Assembly (NCBI GenBank): GCA_965203905.1
Contig: CBDBDQ010000005.1
Span: forward strand, 608,001 to 672,000
Reading direction: 5' to 3'
Source: Spirochaetia bacterium
GTDB taxonomy: Bacteria > Spirochaetota > Spirochaetia > SZUA-6 > Bin103
DNA: 64,000 nucleotides
The notes under the pieces are model-generated. The model had not been told where the DNA came from. It made no database searches and saw only the letters and a program-made list of their open reading frames with translations. Of this stretch, positions 41,623-49,877 are shown one piece after another. Within the stretch, counting starts at the first letter, position 1; each line of letters opens with the position of its first letter. Made by a program: the position numbers and the translations under genes.

Positions 41623-42336
41623 ATCACAGCCACATCGGTATCCGCTCACAGCAGCACGGTCGAGAACTACATCAAGCAGATCTACCTGGAGGCGCAGAAG
41701 GACTCCCGCGAGCGAGTGCCGATGAAGCGCCTCGCCGACGGCGTGGGGGTCTCACCCGGCACTGCCACCTCCATGGTCAAGAGCCTCGCGCGCTCCGGCC
41801 TGATCGAATACGAGCCACGCGGCGGCAGCCGCCTCACCCGCGAGGGCGAGCAGCTCGCCCTCAACGTGCTGCGGCGCCACCGCTTGGTGGAGGCGTTCCT
41901 GGTGGACGTGCTCAAGCTGGACTGGTCGGAAGTGCACAGCGAGGCGGAACTGCTGGAGCACGCCATCAGCGACAAGGTGCTGGAGAAGATCGACGAGTTG
42001 ATGGGACGGCCGCGGGTCGACCCGCACGGCGATCCGATCCCTACCAACCGTGGTGAAATCGACGACACCCGCTTCGAGCCGCTGGCACAGCGAGCGACCG
42101 GCGACCGCCTGCGGATCGTCCGGGTAATCGACCAGGATGCCCGGTTCCTTCAGTTTGCCGAGCGCGCCGGCCTGGTACCGGGGGCCGAGCTGGTGGTGCA
42201 GCACCACGACCCGCAGGCCGATGCGGTGACGATCACCATTCCCGGGCGCAGCGCCCTTACCCTGGGGGCGGGAGCTGCGGCCAAGATCCTGGTGGCCGCG
42301 GCGGAGGACGCGAGAAGGCCCGCGGACGATGGCTGA
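41623..42336 (+). CDS. DtxR/MntR metal-dependent regulator with FeoA domain
   Basis: ENYIKQIY, RRHRLVE.FL, EAELLEH, DPHGDPIP; start codon uncertain. Confidence 0.9.
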   Translation: MTATSVSAHSSTVENYIKQIYLEAQKDSRERVPMKRLADGVGVSPGTATSMVKSLARSGLIEYEPRGGSRLTREGEQLALNVLRRHRLVEAFLVDVLKLDWSEVHSEAELLEHAISDKVLEKIDELMGRPRVDPHGDPIPTNRGEIDDTRFEPLAQRATGDRLRIVRVIDQDARFLQFAERAGLVPGAELVVQHHDPQADAVTITIPGRSALTLGAGAAAKILVAAAEDARRPADDG

Positions 42337-42544
42337 ATCACCCGAGGTGAGCCGCGCGGTCGAGTTGCGGCTGGCCATGCTGCGGCACTGGTACGGCGAT
42401 CAGCTCGACGCCGAACAGTGGGAGGAAGTGCGGCGCCAGGTGCGCACCGAGCTGGTCGAGGTATCGCAGGCGCTCGCCGAGGTGCCGCTGGACCCTGCCG
42501 ACGAGCCGCAGCCCCTGTTCACCCCCTATCGCAGTGACGAGTGA
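42329..42544 (+). CDS. small GatC/AtzG-like amidase partner
   Basis: 71 aa ending L.PADEP...F.P, overlaps amidase start. Confidence 0.7.
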   Translation: MAESPEVSRAVELRLAMLRHWYGDQLDAEQWEEVRRQVRTELVEVSQALAEVPLDPADEPQPLFTPYRSDE

Positions 42545-43982
42545 CCCGGGAGCACAGCCGGAGGTAATCTTCCGGCCGCTGCGGCAGCTCGCCGAGCTGG
42601 TGCGGACGCGGCAGGTGTCGCCGGTGGCGCTTGCCGAGACCTTTCTCGACCGCCTGCGCACGCTGGGACCGCGTTACCACGCCGTCGTTACCCTGACGCC
42701 CGGTCTCGCTCTGGCGCAGGCGCGCCGGGCGGAGAAGGAACTGGCCGCCGGCCACTGGCGTGGGCCGCTGCACGGCATCCCGTACGGGATCAAGGACCTG
42801 TTCGCCACCGCCGGAATCCCCACCTCGTGGGGGGCGGCGCCGTTCCGCCACCAGGTGTTCGATTACGACGCCACCGTGGTGCGCCGTCTGGAACGTGCGG
42901 GAGCGGTGCTGGCGGCCAAGCTGGCGATGGTGGAGCTGGCCGGCGGACTGGGCTACCGGCAGCCCAATGCCAGCTTCACCGGGCCCGGCATCAATCCCTG
43001 GGGCGGGGACACCTGGTCGGGCGGCTCCTCCAGCGGTTCCGGCTCCGCCGTGGCCGCCGGCCTGGTGCCGTTCGCCATCGGCACCGAGACCAACGGCTCC
43101 ATCATCAGCCCGGCGGCCAACTGCGGCATCGCCGGCCTGCGTCCCAGCTACGGCAGGGTGAGCCGGCGCGGCGGCATGCCCCTGGCCTGGAGCCTCGACA
43201 AGCCGGGACCGATGGCCCTGACCGCCGACGACTGCGGCCTGGTGCTGGAGGCCATTGCCGGCTTCGATGCCGATGACCCCACCACCACCCGGCGTACGTT
43301 CTCCTACGCGCCCGCCGCTCCCGGACGCCGCTTCCGCCTGGCATTGCCCGCGGGCGCCACCGACGACGCCGACCCGGCAGTACGCGACAACTTCGCCGCC
43401 GCCCTGGAGGTGCTGGGGGAGATCGCCGACATCGAGCCGGTGACGCTGCCCGACTATCCCTACCAGGCGGTGATCTCCGCGATCATGATGAGCGAGTCCG
43501 CGTCGATCTTTGCCGAGTTCGCGCGCAGCGGGAAGTCGGCGCAGATGACCGCACCGGAGGACCGCTACGGGATCCACGCCCGCGGCGCCGCGCTGGCGGC
43601 CGACTACCTGCGCGCGCAGCGCATCCGCCGGCTCCTGGCCCGCGACCTGGACCGCCTCCTGGCGCGCTGTGACGCACTGGTGGCGCCGTCGCGACCCGCC
43701 GTTGCCTCCGCCCTCGACGAGTCCTGGTCCCGCCACGGTCAGCAGCCGCCGCGTGCCGGAGCGGAGCGCGGTCAACGCCGCGCGCGCTGTCCGCTCAGCG
43801 CCGCCGGCAACTGCGCCGGGCTGCCGGCGATCAGCGTTCCCTCCGGGTTTTCGGAGGCCGGACTCCCCACCGGCATTCAGTTCGTGGGCCGTGCCTACGA
43901 GGAGCCGGCCATCCTCGCCGTCGCCACCGCCTACCAGAAGCTGACCTCCTGGCACCAACGCCACCCGGCCGACCTCCTCTGA
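42534..43982 (+). CDS. amidase signature family protein
   Basis: GIPYGIKD, GGSSSGS, GTETNGSI. Confidence 0.94.
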   Translation: MTSDPGAQPEVIFRPLRQLAELVRTRQVSPVALAETFLDRLRTLGPRYHAVVTLTPGLALAQARRAEKELAAGHWRGPLHGIPYGIKDLFATAGIPTSWGAAPFRHQVFDYDATVVRRLERAGAVLAAKLAMVELAGGLGYRQPNASFTGPGINPWGGDTWSGGSSSGSGSAVAAGLVPFAIGTETNGSIISPAANCGIAGLRPSYGRVSRRGGMPLAWSLDKPGPMALTADDCGLVLEAIAGFDADDPTTTRRTFSYAPAAPGRRFRLALPAGATDDADPAVRDNFAAALEVLGEIADIEPVTLPDYPYQAVISAIMMSESASIFAEFARSGKSAQMTAPEDRYGIHARGAALAADYLRAQRIRRLLARDLDRLLARCDALVAPSRPAVASALDESWSRHGQQPPRAGAERGQRRARCPLSAAGNCAGLPAISVPSGFSEAGLPTGIQFVGRAYEEPAILAVATAYQKLTSWHQRHPADLL

Positions 43983-44047
43983 AACGGTTGGAGCGCGTTT
44001 GCTCGCAATGCTACTAGTGGGTTCGTATAATCTCGTTGGACAGCGGT

Positions 44048-45151
44048 ATGCCTAGATTGAAAGAGGTCATCGTCAGGGGTTTCAGGTCCATCAAGGAGAT
44101 GGATCTGGAACTCGGGCCGCTCAACGTATGTATTGGAGCCAACGGAGCCGGCAAGAGCAATCTCATTGAGTTCTTCAAGATGATCAACGAATTGATGGGC
44201 GGACGGCTTCAACAATACATCGCTACCACGGGGCGGGCTACGGCTAATCTGCACTTCGGCCCCAAAGTAACCCCTCAACTTGAAGCCGAGCTCAGATTCG
44301 AGGCCGATCAGGGCACCGATACCTACTACATGAGGTTGTTTTATGCTGCCGGAGACTCTCTGATCTTTGCCGATGAGACGCTCTCGTTTCTCGGCATTGG
44401 ATTCGATACGCCTCGACAGACGTCCTTAGGAGCTGGCCATCAGGAAGCTCTTGTTCGAGATTACACGGAAGATGTCCCCCTGATTAACGTGCTACGGAAC
44501 TTCCTGAATCGATGTCGAGTATATCACTTTCATGACACCTCACAGACGGCACGGATTCGTCAGCACTGCTACATCGGAGACGCCCGTTGGTTAATGCCGG
44601 ACGCGGCGAATCTTGCGGCGGTCCTCTTTCGTCTCAAGTCCGAGAACGAGCGCGTCTATCGCCGTATTGTGAGAAATATCGCCCAGATAGCGCCATTTTT
44701 CGAGGACTTCGAGCTGCAACCTTCGGGGCCCTATGAGAAGGATATCATTCTAAACTGGCGACATCGAGCGTCTGATCTGGTATTCGGCCCACATCAACTG
44801 TCGGATGGTACTCTGCGCGCCATATGCCTGATTGCGCTGTTGCAGCAGCCGACTGAGGATCTGCCCTACCTCATCGTGGTCGACGAACCGGAGCTAGGAC
44901 TGCACCCCCAGGCGCTCGACTTGGTCGCTTCTCTGTTCCAGGCGGTAAGTGAGCACGTACAAGTCCTTATCAGTACGCAGTCCAGCAGGTTTGTCGATGG
45001 GTTCGAACCTCGGGACATCGTTGTCGTGGAACGGAAGCGGGAAGCTACGACGTTCGAGCGGCCCGACCCGGCGATGCTTGACTCCTGGTTGGAGGAATAT
45101 TCCCTCGGCGAAGTCTGGGAGAAAAACGTGATCGGTGGCAGTCCAAGCTAA
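44048..45151 (+). CDS. AAA_21/OLD-like ABC ATPase
   Basis: GFRSI, GANGAGKSN, LSDGT, VDEPELGLHP, STQS. Confidence 0.92.
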   Translation: MPRLKEVIVRGFRSIKEMDLELGPLNVCIGANGAGKSNLIEFFKMINELMGGRLQQYIATTGRATANLHFGPKVTPQLEAELRFEADQGTDTYYMRLFYAAGDSLIFADETLSFLGIGFDTPRQTSLGAGHQEALVRDYTEDVPLINVLRNFLNRCRVYHFHDTSQTARIRQHCYIGDARWLMPDAANLAAVLFRLKSENERVYRRIVRNIAQIAPFFEDFELQPSGPYEKDIILNWRHRASDLVFGPHQLSDGTLRAICLIALLQQPTEDLPYLIVVDEPELGLHPQALDLVASLFQAVSEHVQVLISTQSSRFVDGFEPRDIVVVERKREATTFERPDPAMLDSWLEEYSLGEVWEKNVIGGSPS

Positions 45152-45837
45152 TGGCGAGACTTCACCTGTTCGCGGAAGGTACTACGGAACTGGTATTCGC
45201 TCGCGAAGTGCTGGGCCCACACCTGTGGAGCTACGACGTCTTTCTGCACAATCCGGTGTTGATCGCACACGCCCACAAAAAGGGAAGAGTCCATCGAGGT
45301 GGAGGAAGAAAGTTTCGTCCAATGCAAAACGACATTGAACGACGACTGAAAGAGGATCATGGAACGGATGTCCACTTTACCTCAATGATTGACCTGTATG
45401 CTCTCCACTGCGATTTCCCTGGACGACGTGAGGCAGATTGCTTACGCAACAGACCCTATGATCGCGTAGAATCACTGGAGCGTTCGTGGAGTGGTGAGAC
45501 TAACGACACACGATTCATCCCTTTCATTCAATTGCACGAATTTGAAGCCTACCTGTATACCGAAGTAGGCAGATTCAAGGAGTTCTTTGACAATGCCGGT
45601 CACGGAGTGAGAGAACTCCAGACGGTTGCCAACAGCGCCAGCTCCCCGGAGTTGATCGACGATGGGCAGCACACTGCGCCATCGAAGAGAATCACCGCTC
45701 AGTTCCCCACGTACGAACGACTTAAGGCGACCGTCGGGCCGCAAATGGCCAAGCTCATCGGGCTGCAGAAGATCCGGGCGACCTGCCCCCACTTCGATGC
45801 GTGGATCCGGCGCCTGGAACAGCTTGAGAACGAATAG
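45151..45837 (+). CDS. DUF4276 (TOPRIM-like) protein
   Basis: FAEGTTE, DLYA, HEFEA, PELID, PSKRI, CPHF..W. Confidence 0.88.
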   Translation: MARLHLFAEGTTELVFAREVLGPHLWSYDVFLHNPVLIAHAHKKGRVHRGGGRKFRPMQNDIERRLKEDHGTDVHFTSMIDLYALHCDFPGRREADCLRNRPYDRVESLERSWSGETNDTRFIPFIQLHEFEAYLYTEVGRFKEFFDNAGHGVRELQTVANSASSPELIDDGQHTAPSKRITAQFPTYERLKATVGPQMAKLIGLQKIRATCPHFDAWIRRLEQLENE

Positions 45838-45950
45838 CCGTGATGACCCACGGAAGCCGTCGGTAGCAGGTATCCCCCTCAGCCGGCCGGGTCGATAGCG
45901 CGCAACATAGGTCGTGGCGGCAGCTAACCGCTTGGCGTAGAATGGCCCTT

Positions 45951-47537
45951 ATGGCCAGCGACAACATGGCGGAAAGGATCCAGGCTGCGCGTGAGTTGCG
46001 CGAGCATCTGCTGCGCGACCGCTACCGGCCCGGATACCACTTCGCGACTCCCGAGGACATCGGCCGGCCCGGCGACCCCAACGGCGCGTTCTACGCCAAC
46101 GGGCGCTACCACCTGATGTACCTGTACGATCGCCGCGGCATCTCCGCCTGGCGCGGCAAGGGGTACGCCTGGGGCCACCTCTCCAGCACCGACCTGGTCC
46201 ACTGGCGCCACCATCCCGACGCCCTGCTGCCCGACGACTACGACGGCGGCATCTTCAGCGGCGGCGCGTTCCTGGACGACGACGGCACCGCCTACCTCAC
46301 CTACTGGCGCGTCAACGAGTCGTCCGCGGGCACCGGGATCGGCATCGCCCGCAGCAGCGACCGTCACTACGATCACTGGGAAAAGCTGATGGTCCCCTCC
46401 CTCGACGGCACCGAGTTCGGCATCCTGGAGACTTCCGCGGCGGGCGGGGAGACGCGCTACCTGTGCAACGCCGACCCCAGCAACATCTGGAAGCAGGACG
46501 GCACCTACTACCTGCAGGCCGGCAACCTGCTGATTCTGAACAAGCTGGGACGCGAGCCAGACTCTCCGCCGCAGTACCGCGGCGACTGGGTGGACCTGTT
46601 CCGGTCGCAGGATCTTCGTCAGTGGGAGTACGTGCACCGCTTCTACCAGCGCCGCGGCGACAACACCTGGACTCAGGAGAGCGAGGATGACATGTGCCCC
46701 AGCTTCCTGCCACTGCCCCGTTCCCGTGAAGGCGGCCCGCCCAGCGGCAAGCATCTCCAGCTCTTCATCTCCCACAACCTGGGATGCCAGTACTACGTCG
46801 GCCGCTACGACACGGAGCGGCAGGTGTTCATTCCGGAAGGACACGGGCGCATGAGCTGGGTGGACAACACGTTCTTTGCACCCGAGGCGCTGATCGACGG
46901 CAACGGACGCCAGATCATGTGGGCATGGCTGACCGACTACCCGGCGCGGGAGCACGACGAGGCGCTGCGGGACGGCTGGTGCGGAGTGTACGGCCTGCCG
47001 CGCGTGCTGTGGCTGGGGAACGATGACCGCACGCTGCACCTGGCCCCTGCGCCGGAGCTGGAACGGCTGCGCTATCAGGCCCGGAAGTTTGACGACCTGA
47101 CGCTGGACGACGGCGGCGCGGCCCTGCTGAGCGGCATCAACGGCGAGTCGTGCGAGATCGGCCTGCGCATCGAGCTTGGCACGGCGCAGCAGGTCGGCCT
47201 GCAGGTGCGTACCAGCCCGGACGGCTCGGAGACCACCCTCCTCTACTACGACGCGGCGGCGCGGAGCCTGATGTTCGACGCTACCCGCAGCGGCAGCAAG
47301 GGCCGCCCGGTGGTAGAGCAGGCGCCGCTCGCCCTGGCCGCCGGCGAGGCCCTGGAACTGCGCGTGTTCATCGACCGCTCGGTCGTCGAAGTGTTCGCCA
47401 ACGACCGCCAGGCGATTTCCCGGCGCGTGTTCCCCGACGGCGAGGCCAGCGACCTGGTAACGCTGTGGTGCCGCGGTGGACGGGCCGCCTTCAGCGCCAT
47501 ACGAACCTGGGAGATGATGCCTGCCAACGCCTGGTAG
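45951..47537 (+). CDS. GH32-like glycoside hydrolase
   Basis: YRPGYH, DPNG, WGH..S.DL.HW, FSG, RVFIDRSVVEVFAN. Confidence 0.88.
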   Translation: MASDNMAERIQAARELREHLLRDRYRPGYHFATPEDIGRPGDPNGAFYANGRYHLMYLYDRRGISAWRGKGYAWGHLSSTDLVHWRHHPDALLPDDYDGGIFSGGAFLDDDGTAYLTYWRVNESSAGTGIGIARSSDRHYDHWEKLMVPSLDGTEFGILETSAAGGETRYLCNADPSNIWKQDGTYYLQAGNLLILNKLGREPDSPPQYRGDWVDLFRSQDLRQWEYVHRFYQRRGDNTWTQESEDDMCPSFLPLPRSREGGPPSGKHLQLFISHNLGCQYYVGRYDTERQVFIPEGHGRMSWVDNTFFAPEALIDGNGRQIMWAWLTDYPAREHDEALRDGWCGVYGLPRVLWLGNDDRTLHLAPAPELERLRYQARKFDDLTLDDGGAALLSGINGESCEIGLRIELGTAQQVGLQVRTSPDGSETTLLYYDAAARSLMFDATRSGSKGRPVVEQAPLALAAGEALELRVFIDRSVVEVFANDRQAISRRVFPDGEASDLVTLWCRGGRAAFSAIRTWEMMPANAW

Positions 47538-47568
47538 GCGCTGGCCGCGCGGCGCGTTGGCAGCGCGG

Positions 47569-48873
47569 TCAGTCGGCCGGACGCCGCAGGTGCACGCTGT
47601 GGCGGTGGGCCTCGAACCCTTCCAGGCCGGCGAGCAACTCGATGTCGTCGAATGCCTGCCGCGGCAGCCCGTAGGGGTAGGCCTCGATGCTGGTGCGCTT
47701 GAGGAACGTGTAGACGCTGCAACCGGAGGTGAAGCGGGCCGTGCCGCCGGTAGGCAGGCAGTGGCTGGGCCCGGCCCAGTAGTCGCCGCTGGCCACCGGC
47801 GAGCGATCGCCCACGAACACGGCACCGGCGTGCTGCACCTGCTCCAGCACCGCCTGCGGGTCACGCACGGCCAGCGTCAGGTGCTCGGGAGCCAGGCGGT
47901 CGATCAGCTCGCAGGCCGTTGTCCGGTCGGGCACGTGCACCAGGGCGCAATTGGTTTGCAGCGCCCGTTCCAGGGCGTCCCGCCGTGCGCGCCCTTCGAG
48001 CAGCTCCTGCAACGCGGCCGCCACCGCCTCCACCACCGACCGCTCGACGGCCACCAGAATCGCGGTTCCGGGATCGTGCTCGGCCTGTGCCAGCAGGTCG
48101 GCCGCCACCCAGGCGGGGTGCGCCGCGGCATCTGCCAGCACCACGATCTCGCTGGGACCGTATAGTCCGTCGATGCCGACCACGCCGAAGAGCTGGCGCT
48201 TGGCCTCCTGGCCGTAGACGTTGCTGGGCCCGGCGATCATCTCCACCGGCGCAATTCGTTCGGTGCCGACGGCCAGGGCCGCCAGCGCGAACCCGCCGAT
48301 GCGGTACACCGTGTCGATGCCCAGCAGGTGACACACGCCCAGCACCGTGGGGTCGATCTCGACCGTCTGCCCCGTGCTGCGCGGCGGCGTGGCCACGGCC
48401 AGCCGCGGCACTCCCGCGACCTGCGCCGGGACCGCCAGCATCACCAGGGTGGAGGGATAGGCGCCGGCCCCGCCCGGTACCGACAGCCCGGCGCTGGCCA
48501 CGGGCGTGTGGCGCAGGCCCAGCTCGGCGCCGTGGCGCCGCAGCGGAACCGGATCGACCGGCTTGACGTGGGCCTGGTAGGCGCGCACGTTGTCCGCCGC
48601 GCGGCGGAAGGCGGCCGCCGCTTCAGGATTGAGAGCCGCTTCGGCCGCCGCGATCGTTTCGGGAGCGACGCGAATGGCATCCTCGGAGTAGTCGCCGCGG
48701 GTATGCCGTCGCAGGTAGTCGACGACGGCGGCATCGCCACGGGCGCGCAGGTCGTCCATGAAGCGGCCCATGTCGGCCGCCAGCTCGCCGCCGACCCAGG
48801 AGCGCGCCGCGTAGCGATCGGCGATCTCCTGCAGGCGTGCGCGATCCGCGGGCCGGGTCCAATCGAGAATCAT
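47569..48873 (-). CDS. hisD: histidinol dehydrogenase
   Basis: GPSE, QAEHD, APEHL, GDY.AGPSHCLPT, EGFEAH. Confidence 0.94.
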   Translation of the reverse strand: MILDWTRPADRARLQEIADRYAARSWVGGELAADMGRFMDDLRARGDAAVVDYLRRHTRGDYSEDAIRVAPETIAAAEAALNPEAAAAFRRAADNVRAYQAHVKPVDPVPLRRHGAELGLRHTPVASAGLSVPGGAGAYPSTLVMLAVPAQVAGVPRLAVATPPRSTGQTVEIDPTVLGVCHLLGIDTVYRIGGFALAALAVGTERIAPVEMIAGPSNVYGQEAKRQLFGVVGIDGLYGPSEIVVLADAAAHPAWVAADLLAQAEHDPGTAILVAVERSVVEAVAAALQELLEGRARRDALERALQTNCALVHVPDRTTACELIDRLAPEHLTLAVRDPQAVLEQVQHAGAVFVGDRSPVASGDYWAGPSHCLPTGGTARFTSGCSVYTFLKRTSIEAYPYGLPRQAFDDIELLAGLEGFEAHRHSVHLRRPAD

Positions 48874-48908
48874 CCGCGGCGGGGTAACGCCGGCACCCGA
48901 TGGCAGCG

Positions 48909-49877
48909 TCAGCCGCGCTCGGAGAGTCCGGTCCAGCCACGACCGGGCGAGTACGCGCGCGCTGCGTCGAAGCGGCGCCGCAGTTCCTGGAACCGCTCGG
49001 GGCTGGTGATCTCGCGCTCGGGGTGCCGGTCGTCACGAATCACGAAGTCCGCCTCCGGCGGATAGCACGCCATCGTGACCGGCTCCCGTTCCGGCGTGTA
49101 GTCCTCCGGACCCTCGCCGATGTTGTTGGGTGCATCGGTGCCCTGGTAGCGCAGGTCCAGGCTCCAGCGCACCTGTCCGCTGTGGTTTTCGAACGACGCG
49201 TGCGGCGTGAAGTTGGTCATGAACAGCACGTCGCCGGCGCTCATCTCCAGGGCAACCGGCGTCACCTCCGGCAGCACCTCGTCCGGCACCTCCAGGTAGC
49301 CGGCGTGACCGCCGGTGTAGTGCCGCAGGATGCCGCCGCGGTGCACCCCCGGCAGGACGTGCAGGCAGCCGTTGTCGAGCGTGGCGTCCACCAGCGGAAT
49401 CCAGCAGGTCACGATCAGGTAGGAGTCGCAGTGTGCCAGCAGGTAGCCGGAGTCCTGGTGCCACGGCACCTCGCCATGATCCCAGCGCGGCAGCTTGGGT
49501 CGGATGCGATACACCGACGATCCGATGATCTCGGGCCCCACCAGGCGCTCGATGCAGGACAGCAGCGGCGGATGGCGCAGGAAGTGGAGCATCGCCGGGC
49601 CGTGAAACCCGCCGCCGCCGCGTCCCATGATCGCCCGGTAGATCACCTCGCACGCCGCCGGATCGGCAAACCGGATCTTCGCGAGACGGGTCTCGAACGG
49701 CTCCTCTTCGAACAGGTCATCCAGCTCGCCCCTGGCCTGCAGCGCGGACGCCTCGTGCTGGATGATCCGCGTCAGGCTGTCCTTGATCGGCTGCAGGTCG
49801 GACGCCGAGTAGACGCCCTCCTTGACCACGTAGCCCTGACGCCGGAACTGGTCGACCTCTTGCCCGGTAAGCGTCAT
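48909..49877 (-). CDS. phytanoyl-CoA dioxygenase family protein
   Basis: PWHQD, WIPLVDAT..NGCL, TPH.S, R. Confidence 0.92.
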   Translation of the reverse strand: MTLTGQEVDQFRRQGYVVKEGVYSASDLQPIKDSLTRIIQHEASALQARGELDDLFEEEPFETRLAKIRFADPAACEVIYRAIMGRGGGGFHGPAMLHFLRHPPLLSCIERLVGPEIIGSSVYRIRPKLPRWDHGEVPWHQDSGYLLAHCDSYLIVTCWIPLVDATLDNGCLHVLPGVHRGGILRHYTGGHAGYLEVPDEVLPEVTPVALEMSAGDVLFMTNFTPHASFENHSGQVRWSLDLRYQGTDAPNNIGEGPEDYTPEREPVTMACYPPEADFVIRDDRHPEREITSPERFQELRRRFDAARAYSPGRGWTGLSERG

